From positions 160,001-224,000 of the forward strand of contig OZ241907.1 of NCBI GenBank assembly GCA_965203515.1: a stretch of DNA of 64,000 bases, in the 5' to 3' direction. This document shows, piece by piece, positions 19,343 through 29,491 of the stretch; positions within the stretch are counted from its first letter, which is position 1; each line of letters starts with the position of its first letter. The translations under genes were made by a program, and so were the position numbers. The stretch comes from Spirochaetia bacterium. GTDB lineage: Bacteria > Spirochaetota > Spirochaetia > SZUA-6 > Bin103. Below the pieces are notes generated by a model that worked only from the letters and a program-made list of their open reading frames with translations, ran no database searches and was not told the origin of the DNA.

Positions 19343-20728
19343 ATGCGTCAGTTGGATCGCACCGCGCTCGCCACACTCGGCGCGGTCGCCGCCATCGCGG
19401 CGGTGGCGGTGGCGGTCGGCGATCGGGTCGGCCTGCAGGTCGTTTCGGTGACGCCGGAGGCCGGCGTCGATCAGGTATCGACGCTGGCGAGGATCGAGGT
19501 ACGGTTCTCGGAGTCGATCGATCCCGCCGGGCGTTCGGTGCGGCTTGCCATCGATCCGCCGATCGAAGGCGCGCTGCGGTGGGGCGCCCGCACGCTGCTC
19601 TTCGATCCGCACCGCGCGCTGTCCGCGCGCACGCGGTATACGGTGCGCCTCGACGGGACGTTGCAGGCATCTTCCGGTCGCCGCCTGCGCGCCCCGGTGG
19701 AGTGGAGCTTCGACACGGGGGCGTTGCGCATCGCCTACGTGACCGACGCGGCGTCCGGGCGCGACGGCATCGCCGCCCGCACCGTGCACGTGGCGGGCGG
19801 CGCGCTTGCGCCGGGCGCCGGCGGAGCGGAACCCGACGAACGAACGCTGGCGTCGTTCGAGCGGCCGGTGCGCGACTTCCAGCGGGCGCCGGACGGCGGT
19901 TCGCTGGCGGTGACGCTCGGCACGGACGGGTTCGCCGCCGACCTGTGGCTGATCGACGTGCAGGGCGCCGGCCGGCGCGAGTTGCTCGATTGCGGCGGCG
20001 CGGAGTGCAGCGGCGCTCGCTGGTCGCCCGACGGGACGGCGATCGTCTTTTCGCAGCGCCGTCTGCCGTTGCCGCCGCGTCCCTGGCTGATCGATCCGCG
20101 CACCGGTGATGCCCGCCCCCTGCTCGAAGAGGAGGTGATCGGGTTCGACCCCCGCTGGTCGTCGAACGGCGCGTGGGTGGCGTTCGTATCGCCTCTGGAA
20201 GGAGGATTGCGCATCGTCGGCGTGGCCGACGGCCGTACGGTGCTGGTTCCGACCCGGGCCGCCGCTCCGGCCGCGTGGCGTCCGGGCGCACTGACGTTGC
20301 TCACCTCGGACCTGCGCGAGACGTCGGGCGGACGGTTCGTCGACGTGGTGATATCGATCGACCTGGCCGATCTGTCGGTGCGGACGCCGCTCGGCGCGGC
20401 GCTCGGCGGCGCGGAGCACCGCGGCGGCCGTTCGCCGGCGTGGGCCCCGGACGGCGTCCGCTTCGCCTTCATCCGCATGACCGGTCAGGGCGAGCAGGTG
20501 TGGCTGGCGACCGCCGCGGACGGCGCCAACTTCACGGCCGCGCCGCTTGTCACGGCGCCGAGATTCACCTATCGGGAGATCGTGTTCGCACCCGGCGCGG
20601 ACCTTCTTGCGGTGCAGCGTTCGCGGCTGGACGTACCGTTTCCGCAGCCCGAGGTGGTGGTGCTCGATCTCTCCGGGCGGGTAGTCACGGTGATCGCGGA
20701 CGCGGCGACGCCGCGCTGGCTGCCGTGA
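19343..20728 (+). CDS. Exported protein with bacterial Ig-like domain and TolB-like beta-propeller
   Basis: Signal/TM, IEVRFSESID...YTVRL (Ig-like), repeated WSPDG/WAPDG/WSSNG blades. Confidence 0.8.
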   Translation: MRQLDRTALATLGAVAAIAAVAVAVGDRVGLQVVSVTPEAGVDQVSTLARIEVRFSESIDPAGRSVRLAIDPPIEGALRWGARTLLFDPHRALSARTRYTVRLDGTLQASSGRRLRAPVEWSFDTGALRIAYVTDAASGRDGIAARTVHVAGGALAPGAGGAEPDERTLASFERPVRDFQRAPDGGSLAVTLGTDGFAADLWLIDVQGAGRRELLDCGGAECSGARWSPDGTAIVFSQRRLPLPPRPWLIDPRTGDARPLLEEEVIGFDPRWSSNGAWVAFVSPLEGGLRIVGVADGRTVLVPTRAAAPAAWRPGALTLLTSDLRETSGGRFVDVVISIDLADLSVRTPLGAALGGAEHRGGRSPAWAPDGVRFAFIRMTGQGEQVWLATAADGANFTAAPLVTAPRFTYREIVFAPGADLLAVQRSRLDVPFPQPEVVVLDLSGRVVTVIADAATPRWLP

Positions 20729-21147
20729 CCGAGCGTCCCGCTCCGGCCGGCGACTGGGCGGTCCTGTTCGTCGACGGCGGATGCGTGCTCTGCCGGCGGC
20801 TGTCGCGCGTGGTGGTCGGCGCGGATGCGGCCGGCCGGCTGCGGGTGGCGCCGCTCGCCGGCGTGACGGCGCGCCGGCTGCTGGCGCCCGAGGACCGGAC
20901 GCAGGGCGACTGGGTGGTGCTGGTCGAGGGGCCGCGGACGTTGCGCGCCGCGGACGCCATGATGCGCACGCTGCGGCTCCTGGGGGGACGGTTCGGCGTG
21001 CTGGCGCGGGTGCTGGGCGTGCTGCCGCGCCCGGTGCGCGATGCGGCGTACCGTTTCGTCGCCCGCCGGCGCCGCGCCTGGTTCGGCAGCGTCGAGTCGT
21101 GTCCGCTGCCGGCGAGCGATCGCCGCCCGCACGCGGTGCTCGACTGA
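20725..21147 (+). CDS. DCC1-like thiol-disulfide oxidoreductase (DUF393)
   Basis: DGGCVLC (DxxCxxC), PRPVRDAAYRFVARRR..WFG. Confidence 0.88.
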   Translation: MTERPAPAGDWAVLFVDGGCVLCRRLSRVVVGADAAGRLRVAPLAGVTARRLLAPEDRTQGDWVVLVEGPRTLRAADAMMRTLRLLGGRFGVLARVLGVLPRPVRDAAYRFVARRRRAWFGSVESCPLPASDRRPHAVLD

Positions 21148-21245
21148 TTCCGGCCGCCGGCGGCGGTAGGCCGGCACGCCTGCTTGGCCGTATACTCTCG
21201 GCCGAGGACCGGGGCCGAGTATCCGGTCGGTAATGAGGAGTCGCT

Positions 21246-22142
21246 ATGGCAGGTGAGGTGCAGGATACCGGCACGTGGACGGTCAAGACCGGACTGGCGC
21301 AGATGCTGAAGGGCGGCGTGATCATGGACGTGGTAACCGCCGAACAGGCCAGGATCGCCGAAGACGCCGGAGCGGTTTCGGTCATGGCGCTCGAGCGCGT
21401 GCCGGCCGACATACGCAAGGCGGGCGGCGTGGCGCGCATGGCCGATCCGACCAGGATCGAGGAGATCAAACGCGCCGTGACGATCCCGGTCATGGCCAAG
21501 TGCCGAATCGGACACTTCGTGGAAGCGCAGGTCTTGCAGGCGCTGGAGATCGACTACATCGACGAATCGGAGGTGCTGACGCCGGCCGACGAGGCCAACC
21601 ACGTGTGGAAGCACGATTTCACGGTGCCGTTCGTGTGCGGCTGCCGGAACCTGGGCGAAGCGTTGCGCCGCATCCGCGAAGGCGCCGCCATGATCCGCAC
21701 CAAGGGTGAGGCCGGCACCGGCAACGTGGTCGAAGCGGTGCGCCACGCCCGCAGCGTGCTGCAGGCGGTGCGGCGCGTGCGGGGGCTCAACGACGGCGAG
21801 CTGTCCGCCTTCGCCAAGGAGATGCAGGCTCCGTTCGAGCTGGTGGCGCAGGTGCGCGCCGACGGATCGCTGCCGGTGGTCAACTTCGCCGCCGGCGGCA
21901 TCGCCACCCCGGCGGACGCGGCGTTGATGATGCAGATCGGCGTCGACGGCGTATTCGTCGGCTCCGGCATCTTCAAGTCCGAGAATCCGCAACGGATGGC
22001 GGAGGCGATCGTCAAGGCGACCACCAACTACGGCGATCCCGACATCCTGGCCCAGGTCTCGCGCGGGCTTGGCGAGCCGATGCGCGGGTTGGAGATGACG
22101 GCGATACCGGCAGGCGAGCAGCTCGCCGTGCGCGGCTGGTAG
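21246..22142 (+). CDS. pdxS: Pyridoxal 5'-phosphate synthase lyase subunit
   Basis: [53 protein letters not shown] at 21191-21196 and SD GAGGAG. Confidence 0.97.
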   Translation: MAGEVQDTGTWTVKTGLAQMLKGGVIMDVVTAEQARIAEDAGAVSVMALERVPADIRKAGGVARMADPTRIEEIKRAVTIPVMAKCRIGHFVEAQVLQALEIDYIDESEVLTPADEANHVWKHDFTVPFVCGCRNLGEALRRIREGAAMIRTKGEAGTGNVVEAVRHARSVLQAVRRVRGLNDGELSAFAKEMQAPFELVAQVRADGSLPVVNFAAGGIATPADAALMMQIGVDGVFVGSGIFKSENPQRMAEAIVKATTNYGDPDILAQVSRGLGEPMRGLEMTAIPAGEQLAVRGW

Positions 22143-22146
22143 ACGG

Positions 22147-22737
22147 ATGGCGGTGGGGGTCCTGGCGCTGCAGGGCGATGTGCGTGAGCACCTCCACGCC
22201 CTTGCCGCCGCGGGCCGGTCCGCAGTGCCGGTGCGTACCGCGGCGCAGCTCGAAGCGGTCGACGCGCTGATCATTCCCGGCGGCGAGAGCACCACCATCA
22301 TCAACCTCCTGCACGCCTTCGACATGACGGAGCGATTGACGGAATTGCTGCGCGGCGGCATGCCGGTGTGGGGAACGTGCGCGGGCATGATCGTGCTGGC
22401 GGCGGAGGTGCTCGATCCGCGTCCGGCGCCGTTGCGGCTGCTCGACATCGCCGTGCGGCGCAACGCATACGGCCGTCAGGTCGCCAGCTTCGAGGCGTTG
22501 CTGGCGGTGGAGGAGCTCGGCCCGACGCCGTTCCGCGGCGTCTTCATCCGGGCTCCGGCGGTGGAGCGGGTCGGCCGCGGCGTGCGCGTGCTGGCTGCGC
22601 TGCCCGACGGGCGGCCGGTGGCGGTGCGTCAGGGCAGCATGCTGGCCACGGCGTTCCATCCCGAGCTGACCGGGGACGATCGCTTCCATCGCTATTTCTG
22701 CACGTTCAGTCGCGGCGGCGGCGCGGATGAACGCTGA
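22147..22737 (+). CDS. pdxT: Pyridoxal 5'-phosphate synthase glutaminase subunit
   Basis: GVLALQG, PGGEST, GTCAG, RNAYGRQ, FIRAP, FHPE. Confidence 0.97.
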   Translation: MAVGVLALQGDVREHLHALAAAGRSAVPVRTAAQLEAVDALIIPGGESTTIINLLHAFDMTERLTELLRGGMPVWGTCAGMIVLAAEVLDPRPAPLRLLDIAVRRNAYGRQVASFEALLAVEELGPTPFRGVFIRAPAVERVGRGVRVLAALPDGRPVAVRQGSMLATAFHPELTGDDRFHRYFCTFSRGGGADER

Positions 22738-23479
22738 AGGGCGGGACGCGGGCGGCGCGGTCCGAGCCGCGCCGGAACGGGATCTGATAGAGCGGCTCCG
22801 CGGCAACGTCGACGCGGTACGGGAGCGGGCGGCGCGGGCCGCCGCCCGCGCCGGACGGTCGATCGACTCGGTGCGGGTGATGGCGGTGACCAAGAACGTT
22901 CCCCGCAACCACGCCCTGGCAGCGGTGGCCGCCGGCATCGATCTGCTGGGCGAGAACCGGATACAGGAGGCGGCCGGCAAGCACGCCGACCGCCCCCGGC
23001 CGTATCGGCTCCATCTGGTCGGCCGTCTGCAGCGGAACAAGGCCAAGGACGCCGCTCGGTTGTTCGACGCGGTGCAGTCGATCGACGCCGTGCGCACCGC
23101 GGTCGCCCTGGAGCGGCGTTGCGCGGCGCTCGACCGGACGGTGGCGATCCTGCTGGAGCTGAACGCCTCCGGCGAGCCGGCCAAGGCCGGCTTCCCGACC
23201 GCCGCCGCCCTGCTGGAGGCGGCGGCCGAGATCGCCGTCGCCTGTCCGCATCTGCCGCTTGCCGGGGTGATGGCGATCGGCGCCCACAGCGACGATGAGG
23301 CGTTGGTGCGCGCTTCGTTCGCTCGGCTGCGCGCCGCGCATGAGCGGCTGCTCGCCGGCCATCCCGGCGCGGCGGTGCTGTCGATGGGCATGTCGCAGGA
23401 CTTCGAGTTGGCGATCGAGGAGGGGGCTACCCTGATCCGTCTGGGTACGGCGCTGTTCGGGCCGCGGCCGGCGCCATGA
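22727..23479 (+). CDS. yggS: PLP homeostasis protein (YggS/PLPBP)
   Basis: [38 protein letters not shown]. Confidence 0.95.
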   Translation: MNAEGRDAGGAVRAAPERDLIERLRGNVDAVRERAARAAARAGRSIDSVRVMAVTKNVPRNHALAAVAAGIDLLGENRIQEAAGKHADRPRPYRLHLVGRLQRNKAKDAARLFDAVQSIDAVRTAVALERRCAALDRTVAILLELNASGEPAKAGFPTAAALLEAAAEIAVACPHLPLAGVMAIGAHSDDEALVRASFARLRAAHERLLAGHPGAAVLSMGMSQDFELAIEEGATLIRLGTALFGPRPAP

Positions 23480-23943
23480 GCGGCGGCCGGCGGCGAACCC
23501 GCATGCCCGGCAGGCGATCGCCCGCGCGCGGATTGCTGGCGCTGCTGCTGATCGGAGCGGCCGCCGGCGGCGCCTGGGGTCAGGACGGCGACCGGCCCGC
23601 GCAGGAGGCGCCGGCGGGAGCGCTGAACGACCCGGTTCCGTACGAACGCTCGGAGTTTCCGGAATGGGCGCACGCGCTGCGCCGCGCGGAGGTGACGGCG
23701 ATCGGCTCCCTGCCGCTCACCTTGTTCGGCGTGCGCATGGTCTATGGCTTCGCCCGCTACGCCGCGCACGGCTTCGAGGCCGACGTGCGGCCGTTTCCCT
23801 TCGGGCCGATCGGCGGCGGCCCCGAGCTCACCAATGAGGAGATGCTCGGCATCGTCATCGGCGCTGCGGCGTTGTCCGTGACCATCGCGCTGATCGACGC
23901 GGACCTGCAGCGGACCAAGCCTCCGGCCGCTCGGGATCGGTGA
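23476..23943 (+). CDS. Hypothetical membrane protein, probably spirochete-conserved
   Basis: Signal peptide, PVPYERSEFPEWAHALRRAEV..GSLP motif, C-terminal TM; 4-nt overlaps on both sides. Confidence 0.75.
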   Translation: MSGGRRRTRMPGRRSPARGLLALLLIGAAAGGAWGQDGDRPAQEAPAGALNDPVPYERSEFPEWAHALRRAEVTAIGSLPLTLFGVRMVYGFARYAAHGFEADVRPFPFGPIGGGPELTNEEMLGIVIGAAALSVTIALIDADLQRTKPPAARDR

Positions 23944-24881
23944 GGTCATCGCAGACCGTCGTCGGGGATGAACGCTTCGCGGGGGTCCGCCTGGACCACT
24001 ATCTGGCGGCCGGCCTGGGGCTGTTTCCGCGCAGCCAGGCGCGCTCCCGCGTCGACGCGGTCGCCGTCAACGGCCGTCCCGCGAAGTTGGCGACGCGCCT
24101 CTGCCGCGGCGACCGCGTTGCCGTCACCTACCGCGAACCGGAGCCGCTGGCGGCGCTGCCGGAGGCGATGCCGCTATCGATCCTCTACGAGGATGCCGAT
24201 GCGATCGTGCTGGACAAGCCGGCCGGCGTCGTTACCCATCCGGGGGCCGGCAACCGCACCGGCACCCTGCTGAACGGCGTGCTCGGTCACTGCCAATGCC
24301 TGCGCGGCGCGTTCCCGGATGAGCCGGTGCGGCCGGGCGTGGTGCATCGGCTCGACAAGGAGACCTCCGGGGTCATCGTCTTCGCCAAGTCCCCGGCTGC
24401 CCACGCGGCGCTGACCCGACAGTTCGCCCTCCGCAGCGTGGGCAAGCGCTACCTGGCGGTGCTCGACGGCCGCCCGCCGGCCGCGGACGGCACGGTCGAC
24501 CTGCCGATCGGCCGCTCGGAACGCGACCGCACCCGCTTCGCCGCGGCGGCCCGCGGGCGAGCGGCGATCACGCGCTACCGGCTGCTCGGCCCGCTGCCCG
24601 GCGAACGGTCGTTGGTGCTGCTGGCGCCGACCACCGGCCGTACCCACCAGCTGCGGGTGCACGCGGCCGCGCTCGGCTGTCCGGTGGCAGGCGACGATAT
24701 CTACGGCCATGCCCGGCGGTCCGGCCGGCCGTCGATGCTGTTGCACGCCGCGTCGCTACGCCTGCGGCTGCTCGGCGGCGAAGCGCCCCGGCGGTTCCGG
24801 GCGCCGCTGCCGGAGCGGTTCCGCGCGGTGCCGGGAGTGGTCGACTGCCTGACCGCGGTCAGCCCTGCAGATGGATGTTGA
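23940..24881 (+). CDS. rluD: RluA/RluD-family pseudouridine synthase
   Basis: S4-like RLD, DKPAG..HPG, VHRLDKETSG (catalytic Asp), TGRTHQLRVH, LHA. Confidence 0.92.
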   Translation: MRSSQTVVGDERFAGVRLDHYLAAGLGLFPRSQARSRVDAVAVNGRPAKLATRLCRGDRVAVTYREPEPLAALPEAMPLSILYEDADAIVLDKPAGVVTHPGAGNRTGTLLNGVLGHCQCLRGAFPDEPVRPGVVHRLDKETSGVIVFAKSPAAHAALTRQFALRSVGKRYLAVLDGRPPAADGTVDLPIGRSERDRTRFAAAARGRAAITRYRLLGPLPGERSLVLLAPTTGRTHQLRVHAAALGCPVAGDDIYGHARRSGRPSMLLHAASLRLRLLGGEAPRRFRAPLPERFRAVPGVVDCLTAVSPADGC

Positions 24882-25419
24882 AGCGCCGCTCGACGCCGAT
24901 CGTGGTCGGCGGCCCGTGGCCCGGCAGCACCACCTCATGGTCGGCGCGGCTGAGCAGCCGCTCGCGGACCGAGCACCGCAGGGTGGCGCGCGCTTCGGGC
25001 GTCGCCGCGCTGCCGACGGTACCGGCCGCCAGCGTATCGCCGGTGAAGATCACCGGCAGCACGGCGTAGCACACCGAGTCGGCGGAGTGGCCCGGCGTTG
25101 ACAGCACCTCGAAGGTGAGCGCGCCGATGCGTACCTCCTGGCCGCCGGCGATCACGTTGGTCGGCAGCTCGGCGAACGCCGCGGCGGCGTAGATCTCCGC
25201 GCCGAACACCTTCTGAATCGCGGCGGCGCCGGCGCAGTGGCGGTAATGGGCATGCGTCAGCAGCACCGCCCGCGGCGGCAGGTTGCGTTGCTCGATGTGG
25301 CCGAGCAGGGCCGCATTCAGATAGCCCGGATCGATCAGGACGCCGTAGCCGCCGCCATCGGGTCCGACCAGGTAGCAGGTGGCGAAACCGCCCGCGGCGA
25401 AGTGCGTGGAGATCGTCAT
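24859..25419 (-). CDS. Metallo-beta-lactamase-fold hydrolase
   Basis: LIDPG, LTHAHYRH, TPGHS, FTGDTL, LPGHGP. Confidence 0.88.
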   Translation of the reverse strand: MTISTHFAAGGFATCYLVGPDGGGYGVLIDPGYLNAALLGHIEQRNLPPRAVLLTHAHYRHCAGAAAIQKVFGAEIYAAAAFAELPTNVIAGGQEVRIGALTFEVLSTPGHSADSVCYAVLPVIFTGDTLAAGTVGSAATPEARATLRCSVRERLLSRADHEVVLPGHGPPTTIGVERRFNIHLQG

Positions 25420-25445
25420 GCCGTGTGACGTGTGCCGGCCTGCCG

Positions 25446-26027
25446 CTAGCGGCGGTGCGCTTCCGCCAGGTTGGAGGCGGGCGTGGTCAGGTCGCGCAGG
25501 TCGGCCAGCTCCAGATGGGCGTGATAGAGGTTGCAGTCGTCCATGGTGACCCGCCGCAGCGTGCCGCCGATGAACCGCGACGAGGTGAGATCGCAGCTCC
25601 GGAAGAGCGTTCGGGAGATCGTCGCCGCGACGAAGTTGCAGCGCTGCACGTCGCAGTCGTCGAACCCGCAATCGAGCAGCTCGCTGCCGGCCAGGATCAC
25701 CGCCGACAGGCGGCACCCGACGAAGCGGCAGTGCGACAGGACGGCGTCGTGCGCGAACACCAGGCTGAGGCGGCAACCCTCGAAGGTGACCCGCTCCAGG
25801 ACCGCTCCCGCCAGGCGGGTGCCGACCAGTCGGCGTTCGCGGAAGGTCCGATCGCGCAGCCGCACCCCGCTCAGATCGAGATGGGTCAGGTCGGCGTCGC
25901 CGGTCAGCAGGCGCTCCGCGCGCCGCTGGTAGGCGGCCGAATCCTCCACGTGGGACAGGCAGCGGCGTTCGCCGGTGAGCGCCGGCGCGCGGCATGCGGT
26001 GGCGGTGCAGACTGCCGGAGCGGTCAT
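25446..26027 (-). CDS. Pentapeptide-repeat protein
   Basis: Cys-rich N-terminus followed by pentapeptide repeats (DLSGV, RLAGA, SELLD, CDLTS); real start inferred at MTAPAVC. Confidence 0.85.
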   Translation of the reverse strand: MTAPAVCTATACRAPALTGERRCLSHVEDSAAYQRRAERLLTGDADLTHLDLSGVRLRDRTFRERRLVGTRLAGAVLERVTFEGCRLSLVFAHDAVLSHCRFVGCRLSAVILAGSELLDCGFDDCDVQRCNFVAATISRTLFRSCDLTSSRFIGGTLRRVTMDDCNLYHAHLELADLRDLTTPASNLAEAHRR

Positions 26028-26090
26028 CCGGGGCCACCCTACCACGGACCGCGCGGGCGCCGGCTCCCTTGCGCCGATGACGGCGCACGG

Positions 26091-27041
26091 GTGACAGTCG
26101 CGCGGGTGGGCATCCACACGGGCCAGGTGCACCGCAGCGCCGGCAGCGTCTACGACGTGAAGGTGGGCGGAGCGATCATGCGGTGCCGCATCAAGGGCAA
26201 GACGCTGCGGGTCGAAGATCGCGTGCACGCGCCGATCGCCGTGGGCGACTTCGTGGAGATTGAGGCCGATCGCTACCAGGAGAACGGCGGCTGGATACTG
26301 AGCCGTCTGCAGCGCGCCACGCAGATCGATCGATGGAGCCGCAAGCACCGGGCCATGCAGGTGCTGGCGGCCAACGTCGACCAGGTCGCCTGCGTGACCG
26401 CGCCGGGCTCGCCTCCCTTCCGGCCGCGGTTCATCGACCGCCTGCTGGTGGCGGCCGAGCATGCCGGCGTCGACTGCCTGATCATCCTGAACAAGGTCGA
26501 TCTGGGCATACCGGCCGCGGTGGCCGAACGCATCGCCGACTACCGCCGCATCGGCTACCGCGTGATCGACTGTTCGGCGGCCACCGGAGCCGGCGTGGCC
26601 GCAGCGCGCGCGGCGGTCGGCCGGGCGGTGACGTTGATCTGCGGGCAATCCGGCGTCGGGAAATCGAGCCTGCTGAACGCCTGGGATCCCGGCCTGAAGC
26701 TGCGTACCGGAGTCGTGTCCCGCAAGTACGACCGCGGCGTGCATACGACGATCAACGCCGAGCTGCTGGAGCTCGGCGACGGCGGCCGCGTGATCGACAG
26801 TCCCGGCATTCGCGAGCTGGAGCTGGGCGCGATCGAAGCGCGCGACATTCGCCATCGCTTCCGCGACTTCCAGCGCTGGCTTCTGCGCTGCGAGTACAGC
26901 GCCTGCCTGTGTGACGGCGAACCGGGCTGTGCGGTGCGCGCCGCGGTGAGCGCGCGGCAGATCCATCCCGACCGCTACGAAAGCTACCGGCGCCTGCTGC
27001 GCGAAGTGCAGGCGCGGGATCGCGAGCGAGCGCACGCGTGA
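26091..27041 (+). CDS. rsgA: Ribosome small subunit-dependent GTPase A
   Basis: IAVGD, AANVDQ, NKVD, GQSGVGKSS, GVHTT, DSPG, C-terminal Zn site; start estimated. Confidence 0.94.
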   Translation: MTVARVGIHTGQVHRSAGSVYDVKVGGAIMRCRIKGKTLRVEDRVHAPIAVGDFVEIEADRYQENGGWILSRLQRATQIDRWSRKHRAMQVLAANVDQVACVTAPGSPPFRPRFIDRLLVAAEHAGVDCLIILNKVDLGIPAAVAERIADYRRIGYRVIDCSAATGAGVAAARAAVGRAVTLICGQSGVGKSSLLNAWDPGLKLRTGVVSRKYDRGVHTTINAELLELGDGGRVIDSPGIRELELGAIEARDIRHRFRDFQRWLLRCEYSACLCDGEPGCAVRAAVSARQIHPDRYESYRRLLREVQARDRERAHA

Positions 27042-29491
27042 GCGCGGACCTCCTGCCGGACCGCCGCGGCGCGGCCATCGACACCCGCGCCGCGGCCGTG
27101 CTCGGTCTGCCGGGCGTGCTCGCGCAGGTCGCCGAGTATTGCGCCGGCTCTGCGGGCCGGCGGCAGGTGCTGGCCAGCCGCGTCTACACCGACCCGCAGG
27201 CGGTACTGGCCGAACGCGCGCCCGGCGCGGAGCTCCGCCGCCTGCTGGACGCCGGCTTCGCGCCGCCGGCGCTCGACCTGCCGGACATCGAAGCGCCGCT
27301 CGGCCGGCTGCGGCGCGGCGCGGCGCTGTTGGAGCCGGAGGAGCTGGCAGCCGTCGGGCGGCTGGCGTCGACGGCGGAGGCGATCCGCGGCTCGCTTGCG
27401 GCGGCGGCCGATCCGGTCGAGCGGCCGGCGTTGAGCGCGCTGTGCGCGGAGTTGCCGCCGCTGGGAACGCTGGCCGCGGAGCTGCGCCGGGTGGTGGGCG
27501 CCGACGGCGCCATTCAGGATCGGGCGGTCCCGGAGCTGGCGCGCGTGAAACGCGACCTGCGCCGCCTGCAGCGCCAGGTGGAGGCGGCGGCGGGCGGCCT
27601 GATGGCGGACCCGGCGTTGCGCGGCTGCTTCAACGGCACGGTGCCGACGCAGCGCGGCGGCCGCACCGTGGTGCCGGTGAAGGCGACCCACCGCGGCCGC
27701 GTGCCGGGCGTGGTCCATGAGGTGTCGGCAAGCGGCGCCACGGTCTTCGTCGAACCGTTGCGCGACATGGAGGCGAACAACGCCGTGGTCGCCGCTCGCG
27801 ACCGCTACGCCGCGGAGGTGCGCCGCGTGCTCCGCGCGTTGACCGCCGCGGCGGCGCGGGAACGGCCCGCCCTGGATCGCGCGGCGGCGGTGACGGCCCG
27901 CTTCGACTGCGTGCAGGCGCGGGCGCGCTACGCACGGGCGCACGAGGCGGTCGCCGCTCCGGACGGACCGCTGCAGCTGCGCCGGGCGCGCCATCCCGAA
28001 CTGGGCGCCGCCGCGGTCCCCTTGAATCTCGCCATGGCCCCCGAAGCGCGCGTCATGATCATCACGGGGCCCAACACCGGCGGCAAGACCGTCTGTCTCA
28101 AGACCGTCGGGCTGCTCTGTCTGATGAATCAGGCGGGCATGGAGATACCGGCGGCTCCCGATTCGACGCTGCCGGTCTACCGCGGCATCTACGCCGACAT
28201 CGGCGACGCGCAGTCGATCGCCGAGTCGCTGTCGACCTTCTCCGCGCACGTCGAGAACCTGGCCGCCATCATGCGCGGCGCCACCGAGCGTTCCCTGGTG
28301 CTGATCGACGAGCTGGGTACCGGCACCGACCCGGAGGAGGGCATCGCCCTGTCCCGCGCGTTGCTCGACCGGTTTCGCGCCGCCGGGGTGACGGTGATCG
28401 CCACCACCCATCACGGCGCCCTCAAGGTCTATGCCTACACCGAGGCCGGGGTCGCCAACGCTTCGATGGAGTTCGACGCACGCACGCTGCGGCCGACCTA
28501 TCGGGTCATCGAAGGGGTGCCGGGGGAGAGCCATGCGATCGACATCGCCCGGCGCCATCGCATGCCGGACGCCGTGATCGAACGGGCCGCCCGGCTGCTC
28601 GACGCCGGCCGCACCGAGTCGGGCCGCATCGTCGACGAGCTGACGCGGCGGCAGCAGGAGCAGGAGCGGCAGGACCGCGCGCTGCGCGAGCGCGCGGCGG
28701 CGTTGGCCAGGGGCGAAGCCGAACTGGCCGCGGACCGGGCGGCGTTGCGGGAGCGCGAACACGAGCATCACCGGCAGGCCGCGCGCGAGCTCGACCGGTT
28801 CCTCGCCGGCGCCCGCCGTGACGTGGAACGCGCCATCCGCTCGGTGCGCGCGACCGCGGCCGCAGGTGCCGCGGAGATCGGCTCGGCGGACGCCGGCGGG
28901 CCGGCTGCCGGGGCAGCGGCCGACGCGGCAGCGCGGGCCGCGCCGGCCGCGATCGAGCGGCGCCTGCAGGCCGAGCGGGAGGCGCTGGCGGCGCTGGACG
29001 CCGCCGCTGGCACCGGTGGCGCCGGGGCTGCGCCGCTGGCTCCGGGCAGCAGCGTGCGCATCCGGCGCACCGGCGCGGCCGGCCGGGTGGTGCGGCGCCA
29101 CCGCCCGGACCGGTATCCCGACCGCTACGTCGTGCAGACCGACACCATCCGCGGGCAGTTCCGCGCCGCCGACCTGGAGCCGGCCGGCGACCGGCAGCCG
29201 CCGCGCCGCGCCGGCGCTCGCGTCGAGCTGGTCGCCGCCGTGCAGCCGGTGCTGGAGTTGCAGGTGCGCGGCATGCGTGCGGAGCAGGCGATCCGGGAGG
29301 TCGAGCGGCAGCTCGACGCGGCGGTCATGCGCGGCTGGTCGCAGTTCGCGGTGGTGCACGGCCGGGGGCACGGCGTGCTGCGCCACGCCATCCGCGAGTA
29401 CCTGCGCGACAGCTCCGCGGTCAGCGACGTGCAGGATGCCCCTGCCGACGAGGGCGGACATGGCAAGACGATCGTCCGGCTCCGTGACTGA
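27038..29491 (+). CDS. mutS2: Endonuclease MutS2 with Smr domain
   Basis: SASGATVFVEP, ITGPNTGGKT, DIGDAQS..SLSTFS, DELGTGTDPEEG, VHGRGHGVLR. Confidence 0.95.
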   Translation: MSADLLPDRRGAAIDTRAAAVLGLPGVLAQVAEYCAGSAGRRQVLASRVYTDPQAVLAERAPGAELRRLLDAGFAPPALDLPDIEAPLGRLRRGAALLEPEELAAVGRLASTAEAIRGSLAAAADPVERPALSALCAELPPLGTLAAELRRVVGADGAIQDRAVPELARVKRDLRRLQRQVEAAAGGLMADPALRGCFNGTVPTQRGGRTVVPVKATHRGRVPGVVHEVSASGATVFVEPLRDMEANNAVVAARDRYAAEVRRVLRALTAAAARERPALDRAAAVTARFDCVQARARYARAHEAVAAPDGPLQLRRARHPELGAAAVPLNLAMAPEARVMIITGPNTGGKTVCLKTVGLLCLMNQAGMEIPAAPDSTLPVYRGIYADIGDAQSIAESLSTFSAHVENLAAIMRGATERSLVLIDELGTGTDPEEGIALSRALLDRFRAAGVTVIATTHHGALKVYAYTEAGVANASMEFDARTLRPTYRVIEGVPGESHAIDIARRHRMPDAVIERAARLLDAGRTESGRIVDELTRRQQEQERQDRALRERAAALARGEAELAADRAALREREHEHHRQAARELDRFLAGARRDVERAIRSVRATAAAGAAEIGSADAGGPAAGAAADAAARAAPAAIERRLQAEREALAALDAAAGTGGAGAAPLAPGSSVRIRRTGAAGRVVRRHRPDRYPDRYVVQTDTIRGQFRAADLEPAGDRQPPRRAGARVELVAAVQPVLELQVRGMRAEQAIREVERQLDAAVMRGWSQFAVVHGRGHGVLRHAIREYLRDSSAVSDVQDAPADEGGHGKTIVRLRD

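Noticed and set aside
15450..21147. Integrative element at tRNA-Val
   Set aside because: No integrase or transposase, and I found no duplicated tRNA 3' end; at most an old insertion
25425..27035. Apparent 530-aa fused ORFs on both strands
   Set aside because: Over-extended starts; real genes are the divergent pentapeptide gene (to 26027) and rsgA (from about 26091)
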